Source: Candidatus Latescibacterota bacterium (GTDB lineage Bacteria; Latescibacterota; UBA2968; GCA-2709665). Taken from it: 64,000 bases of DNA. The notes beneath the pieces were generated by a model. That model ran no database searches. It was not told the origin of the DNA and saw only the letters and a list, made by a program, of their open reading frames with translations. This document shows, piece after piece, positions 59,470 through 64,000 of this stretch. Location: the NCBI GenBank assembly GCA_965116875.1, contig OZ220733.1, forward strand, positions 5,389,093-5,453,092, in the 5' to 3' direction. A program made the translations under genes and the position numbers. How positions within the stretch are numbered: position 1 is the first letter of the stretch; each line of letters begins with the position of its first letter.

Positions 59470-59924
59470 GGATATAGTCCTGTTCAGGTGAAGGCCTCTG
59501 GGGGGAGACACTCAAGGGAGCAGCGATGGTCGTAGAGGCTGGGTTTCAGAAGCGGATCGTTGTCAGCGGGATGCCTTGCGGGGGGAGTTTTCGGGCGTCG
59601 CAATTACCAGTCGGCTTGTTACAAACCGTAAAATACAAGTTGTGCTCGTGCAGAGCAAGGAAATCCGGCACTCGGACGTGGATTGGGTTTGGTAGTGGAT
59701 TATAGACCTGGTGCTTACCGTTTTCTTGAGTGGATAAATAAGGCCGTCGGTAATCCTTTTGCCAGAGCGTCAGCGGGGGCGACTGGGGTGGGCAGCCCGA
59801 CGCTTTTGAATTTCCTATACTTTTCCCGCGATATAGATCGCCAAAGGTCATCAGGGGCTCGTGTCCTGTCCCAAAAATTCCTCACCATTCGGCCGCCGAT
59901 TCATCCCGTCTCGCTACGTTCCCT

Positions 59925-59944
59925 GTGCTGAGCTTGTCGAAGTA
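59925..59944. repeat. Single REP-like element
   Basis: gtgctgagcttgtcgaagta. Confidence 0.7.
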
Positions 59945-60026
59945 CCCTCGCTCGCCGACCATACGCAGGTCGCCTGCGCTCGGGCGCCTTGCGAGACGGG
60001 CGACTCAGCGGCCGAATTTAGGCAAC

Positions 60027-61571
60027 TTATTTCCGGGACAGAACACTCGGTTGCGCCGCCTCGCGCTCCGGCCGCCGTATATTGGGTCCCGCTTTGGTGT
60101 TGACGAAGCGCCGCTCGCGATTGGGGTTGCGCCAGCTGCGCACGCCGTGCGTCGTCGTGCCCGGGTACATGATCACCGTCCCGGCAACCCCCTGCATATG
60201 CTTGACCTGCGGCAGGTCGCAGCTGGTTTGCTTCGGGCGCGGCAGCGGAAGCCGTGCTTTGTGGCTTCCGGGGACTAACATCAGTCCGCCGTCGCCCGTC
60301 GCCGTCTCGACGTCCTGGAGCAGCCAGCCGATGTTCACCTGCTCCGTACGAGGCTGTCCGTCCCGGAATTGATAGTTAGGGCCGGCGCCGTAAAACCAAC
60401 CGCCATGCAGGGGCTGGCCGGCCGCCCCGTCGCGGCTGACGATGGTGTAGCACGTCGTCATGACGAAGCCCGGGTCGATCATCCACTTAAGCCGCGCGTT
60501 CACGAGCGGATTGTCGATCATGCGTCGAAAGCCGTCGCTGAAGGGTGGGGGATGGGTCCAGGTCTGCGAGACGCGCTCTTCGGTGCAGCGCGTGCCCGGG
60601 GCCGGGGCAATCGTCTGCGAACAGCCCTCGTAGTCCGGGTACTCGCCCACGACACTGCTCGAAAAGCCCACCGGCCGACGGTTGGCTTCGGCGAAGGGCG
60701 AGTCGAGCGCTGCATTGCACTGCGCTAACCACTCGCGGTCCATCACGCCAGGCAGCACCAGGTAGCCTCTCAGGTCCCAGAACCACACCTCCTCGTGGTT
60801 CGGAGCGTCAGGCCGCGTGTTGACGCCCAGCAGCGACGGCGCCAGTTGCTGCTCGTTGCTGAGAGGCTGGCCGTCGTGGCCTAGGCCGCGTGGTGGGCCG
60901 GCCACCAGCGCTCGGCGCGCCGGCGTGAGCTCATCCAGCCAGCTGTCCACACCCGTCGCGCCGTGGCCGAAGGCCCCCCCAGGGTATCGGGTGTCGTCGC
61001 AAAAGATGCACTCCTGCAGCGAGGAGCCTGGGGCGGCGCCGACCAGCGTGGTGGCAACCGCGAGCAGGCAGTCGCCAGCGCGGAGCTGCACGCGCTCCGT
61101 CGCCCCGAGCTCCTCGGCGCGCGCCATGCTCGGGGGCGGCTGGACGTTGGCTTTGTGCGACGCGGGGCACACCACCACGCAGCTGTCGCCCACGGCCCAC
61201 AGCGCGCGCAGCCCCCAGACGCACACCCGGTCGGGCCGGCTGGTCGTGTCGTAGCCCAGCCGGCGCTGCTCATCCACCGTCAGATCATTGGCCCACTGCC
61301 CCTCTTTGGTCAGGCGGCGCGACGGCCGGTCCAGCTCAAACTTGATCGTGTGGAACTCCTGTTCCTTCCCTTCAGTACCGTCGTACGCAGCGCGGTGCCA
61401 CAGTGGTAACTCCCCGCCAGCGAGCTGATCAATCGCAGCCAGCAAGTCCGGATGCTCAGCCAGAGCGGCGGGTGTGGCGTGCGCCGCTGCCGGCGCGCCG
61501 AGCAGGCTCGGGAGGAGGATATAGCCGTCGAGCTCGAACGCCCACCTCTGCTCCTCGGTCATCAGAGCCAT
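60027..61571 (-). CDS. Tandem-domain phytanoyl-CoA dioxygenase (PhyH) family protein
   Basis: Two modules beginning WAFELDGY and WFWDLRGY; PASHKA and PGSHKA; LHGG and THG in the second. Confidence 0.85.
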   Translation of the reverse strand: MALMTEEQRWAFELDGYILLPSLLGAPAAAHATPAALAEHPDLLAAIDQLAGGELPLWHRAAYDGTEGKEQEFHTIKFELDRPSRRLTKEGQWANDLTVDEQRRLGYDTTSRPDRVCVWGLRALWAVGDSCVVVCPASHKANVQPPPSMARAEELGATERVQLRAGDCLLAVATTLVGAAPGSSLQECIFCDDTRYPGGAFGHGATGVDSWLDELTPARRALVAGPPRGLGHDGQPLSNEQQLAPSLLGVNTRPDAPNHEEVWFWDLRGYLVLPGVMDREWLAQCNAALDSPFAEANRRPVGFSSSVVGEYPDYEGCSQTIAPAPGTRCTEERVSQTWTHPPPFSDGFRRMIDNPLVNARLKWMIDPGFVMTTCYTIVSRDGAAGQPLHGGWFYGAGPNYQFRDGQPRTEQVNIGWLLQDVETATGDGGLMLVPGSHKARLPLPRPKQTSCDLPQVKHMQGVAGTVIMYPGTTTHGVRSWRNPNRERRFVNTKAGPNIRRPEREAAQPSVLSRK

Positions 61572-61669
61572 GGATCCGCTCCGTGGACATCGAAGAGGTG
61601 TTTTTCCGTTTCGGTCATGAGGCAACCCTTTCTCTCACAGATCGTCGCATTTGCGATTTGAGTTTGTTA

Positions 61670-61764
61670 GAAGCTGTTTTAAAATTACCGGTGAGTTCCC
61701 GAGCGCGAGCGAAAAAGTGGCGGTCAAGGCGGAAAAATCCACCCATATTTGTCTATAAGGGTGG
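61670..61764. mobile_element. Truncated copy of MITE family 2
   Basis: About 95 bp near-identical to the left part of 55597-55758. Confidence 0.8.
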
Positions 61765-62123
61765 GGCGGAACTCTCATATCCGTCACGCCGTTCGTCCCA
61801 CCATTGGCGTGTCCAGGTCCGCTTTGCAGCCATCTCGGGCTCTGTACGTGTTTCGTAATGGAAACTGGGAATAGATGTCTCGATGTAGACCTTAGGGATC
61901 ATTATATATCATATTGTTTTTAATATGGTAAAGACGGTTCAATCCTGCTGCGATTGGTCACCTGTTGACCTGCTGCAAATTTACATATCTTAATCAAGTA
62001 CTTCAAGCGAATTTTCCGCTACTGAAAAACGTAGTGAGATTCTCTGGGGCGGCCAGGGCGGCCGCCTGCTTTCGGAGGAAGGCTGGCATGGCCCATAACG
62101 GTCTGGCCAGGTCGATCATTGAA

Positions 62124-64000
62124 TCAGAACTCAGCGGCAATCATCGCGTACTGTCCGATGTTCGTTAATGTGGTTTCCAAGTGGTTTCCGTCGAACGTGA
62201 CCTCCAGGTCATCTCCCGTGCAAACGTCCCACACGCGACGAGGAGTGCCCCGCTCCGTGAGCCGCCAGCGCAGGTTCACTTCGGGTATCGTGGTCACATA
62301 GTCAAACTGTGGGCTGAAGCGCGGCCAGATCTCCGGCAGATGCTCGACGCGCTCGCCGGTGTGATTGATCAGAAACAACACTTGGCTTCCTGGTTTTTCA
62401 TTCGGAATCATCACGAGTTGGTTCGGACCATCGGTCATCAGAGGCCGGCCCTCCGGGTAGAGCCAATCCACCACGGCGCCTAGAAGATCGCGGACGACCA
62501 GCAGGCGATATTCGAAATGAAGCTCCTCCACCGGCGCGGCCAGATAGACGACGCGCCCCTTGCCGACCGTCCGGCAGGTGACGGCGGGACAAAGAGCGTC
62601 GTCCGCGCGCCCACCGAAGACAATGTTCGCCACCACGTCGGTTCCCGGCCGCGCCTGGACGAACTCGAACCGATTGAGCGGCCACAGCTCATGCGAGTAC
62701 CCCTCGGCCAGCCATTGACCCGGAACGCAGCGACCGTACGTGTCGAACGTCCCCGCAGCCCAGAGGTGCTGTTCGTAATCAGCGAATTGGTCGGGGTTCG
62801 GGTCCACGCGGTCCACGCCCAGAAGGTCCGCCAGGGCGAAGTTATCGCGCATCTCCTCGGGCTCGGCACCGTACAGGCTCGTCCGGTACGTTGCCAGGAG
62901 CCGTCCGCCCACCTTCACATATTTCGTGATGCCCTCGACTTCCTCCCGCGTGAGATGGCCGACGTTGGGCAGAAACAGAACAGGATACTTTGCCAACGCC
63001 GCTGGATCGGAGAGAACCCGCTCCTCGATCACCGACGTCGGCAAATGGTTGGCCAGCATGGTCGAGAAAGCCCCGCGACGGCAGGATTGCTGCGGGGGCG
63101 TGCGCACGAGATAGCCCGCCTCGGAGAGCGGGGCCTCGAGTTCCCCCGGACAGTCGGCGAGGTCCTGCTTGAACTGGCCGATGACATCGCGCGGACGATC
63201 GCGCATCACCAGGGGCTCGGCGCGGAACCGCAACCGCTCGAGCATCTCATACACCCGCACCGGCAAAACAAATGGAATGGCAACAAACGGTGACGGGTGG
63301 AGATCTTCGAAGAGTGATTCATTCGTCTCCAGGATCTCAAGGAACTCCACCAGCTCACGATTGGCTTTGTGGGGAGGCGACAGCCAAAGGTTCACGCCGC
63401 ACGCCACCAGGACGCCCCCTCCGGAAGCAAAGCTGGCTGCCGCTTCCTCGACGAGTTCCATGCCGAAGCACTGCGTCCGCGACCAGCCCGTCAAGGCGCC
63501 GACGTATTGCCACATAGCCCAACCCGACGACTCGGCCAGACTGGCCGCTTCGAGCCGATGAAGGAAGTCGCCCCCGGCCTCGTAGAGAAATCCATTGTGC
63601 ACCTCCACGATCCTGCGTTCGGGCCAGTTGCCCACACCCAGGCCGTGCGTCAGCACCGGGATGTCCTTCTTCTTTCGCGTCGCGGCGGCGAATTCGAGAA
63701 AGACATCGCCGACGATCCTGCCGTACTTCAGGCTCCACTCTTCCAGCATCTCCTGGTCTTCCCGAGGCAGGCTGTGCGGATCGGGTGCATACGGCATTGG
63801 GCAGCCGAATTGCCTATTGAACTTCTCGAGGCAATAGTCGCAGTAGCACAGGGGTGACTGCGGGGTGTGGTGCGAATGGTAAGGACAGGCGGAATCGGTG
63901 TAGATCGCGTCGACGTTGTGGTCCACCACTTGTGCAATGAAAGCGCAGATGGCCTCCCGGTATGGTGTGTTAAAGCAGACGTGCCGGTGAAATCCGCCGC
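62124..64000 (-). CDS. Glycoside hydrolase-like protein (GHL6/GH42-like) with beta-galactosidase trimerisation-type domain; 5' end outside the window
   Basis: Frame open to the window end (GGFHRHVCFNTPYRE...), CYCDYC, VLFLPNV, GGRLLATYRTSLY, GKGRVVY. Confidence 0.8.
   Translation of the reverse strand, partial: GGFHRHVCFNTPYREAICAFIAQVVDHNVDAIYTDSACPYHSHHTPQSPLCYCDYCLEKFNRQFGCPMPYAPDPHSLPREDQEMLEEWSLKYGRIVGDVFLEFAAATRKKKDIPVLTHGLGVGNWPERRIVEVHNGFLYEAGGDFLHRLEAASLAESSGWAMWQYVGALTGWSRTQCFGMELVEEAAASFASGGGVLVACGVNLWLSPPHKANRELVEFLEILETNESLFEDLHPSPFVAIPFVLPVRVYEMLERLRFRAEPLVMRDRPRDVIGQFKQDLADCPGELEAPLSEAGYLVRTPPQQSCRRGAFSTMLANHLPTSVIEERVLSDPAALAKYPVLFLPNVGHLTREEVEGITKYVKVGGRLLATYRTSLYGAEPEEMRDNFALADLLGVDRVDPNPDQFADYEQHLWAAGTFDTYGRCVPGQWLAEGYSHELWPLNRFEFVQARPGTDVVANIVFGGRADDALCPAVTCRTVGKGRVVYLAAPVEELHFEYRLLVVRDLLGAVVDWLYPEGRPLMTDGPNQLVMIPNEKPGSQVLFLINHTGERVEHLPEIWPRFSPQFDYVTTIPEVNLRWRLTERGTPRRVWDVCTGDDLEVTFDGNHLETTLTNIGQYAMIAAEF

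Noticed and set aside
59470-59860. Purine or ZTP riboswitch upstream of purC
   Set aside because: Only a GACTGG hexamer resembles the motif; the conserved pairing elements are not visible. An Rfam scan would settle it.
1-64000. Integron integrase, reverse transcriptase or other recombinase
   Set aside because: No ORF shows tyrosine-recombinase, serine-recombinase, HUH or RT motifs; attI/Pc could not be identified.

Overview
64 kb of a moderately high-GC bacterial chromosome. The gene repertoire resembles Candidatus Latescibacterota/Poribacteria-like genomes (inference only). About 55 functionally unrelated genes lie almost entirely on the minus strand; the only credible plus-strand ORFs are an IS transposase and an IS21 remnant. 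Between many genes sits a family of ~80-95 bp imperfect palindromes. On the gene strand they read RYYTAAC-4nt-arm...arm-6/7nt-GTTRRRY, with arms that covary between copies. These look like attC-type recombination sites of non-canonical geometry, so the region reads as a large, partly decayed gene-cassette array with no integrase in the window (CALIN-like). Cargo is dominated by small-molecule-modifying folds (GNAT, APH-like kinases, nucleotidyltransferases, methyl- and sulfotransferases, Nudix, VOC, MBL), with ankyrin proteins, decayed TA modules and a possible ART-like/TIGR02391 defence pair. Secondary events: an IS1380 nested in an IS1182/IS5-like element inside a map gene, two ~160 bp MITE families, self-nested REP-like elements (two inside attC-like loops), and a reciprocally degenerated duplication of a glycosidase-like + kelch gene pair. 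No rRNA, tRNA, CRISPR array or tyrosine recombinase was seen. All product calls come from motif recognition by eye, not database searches.
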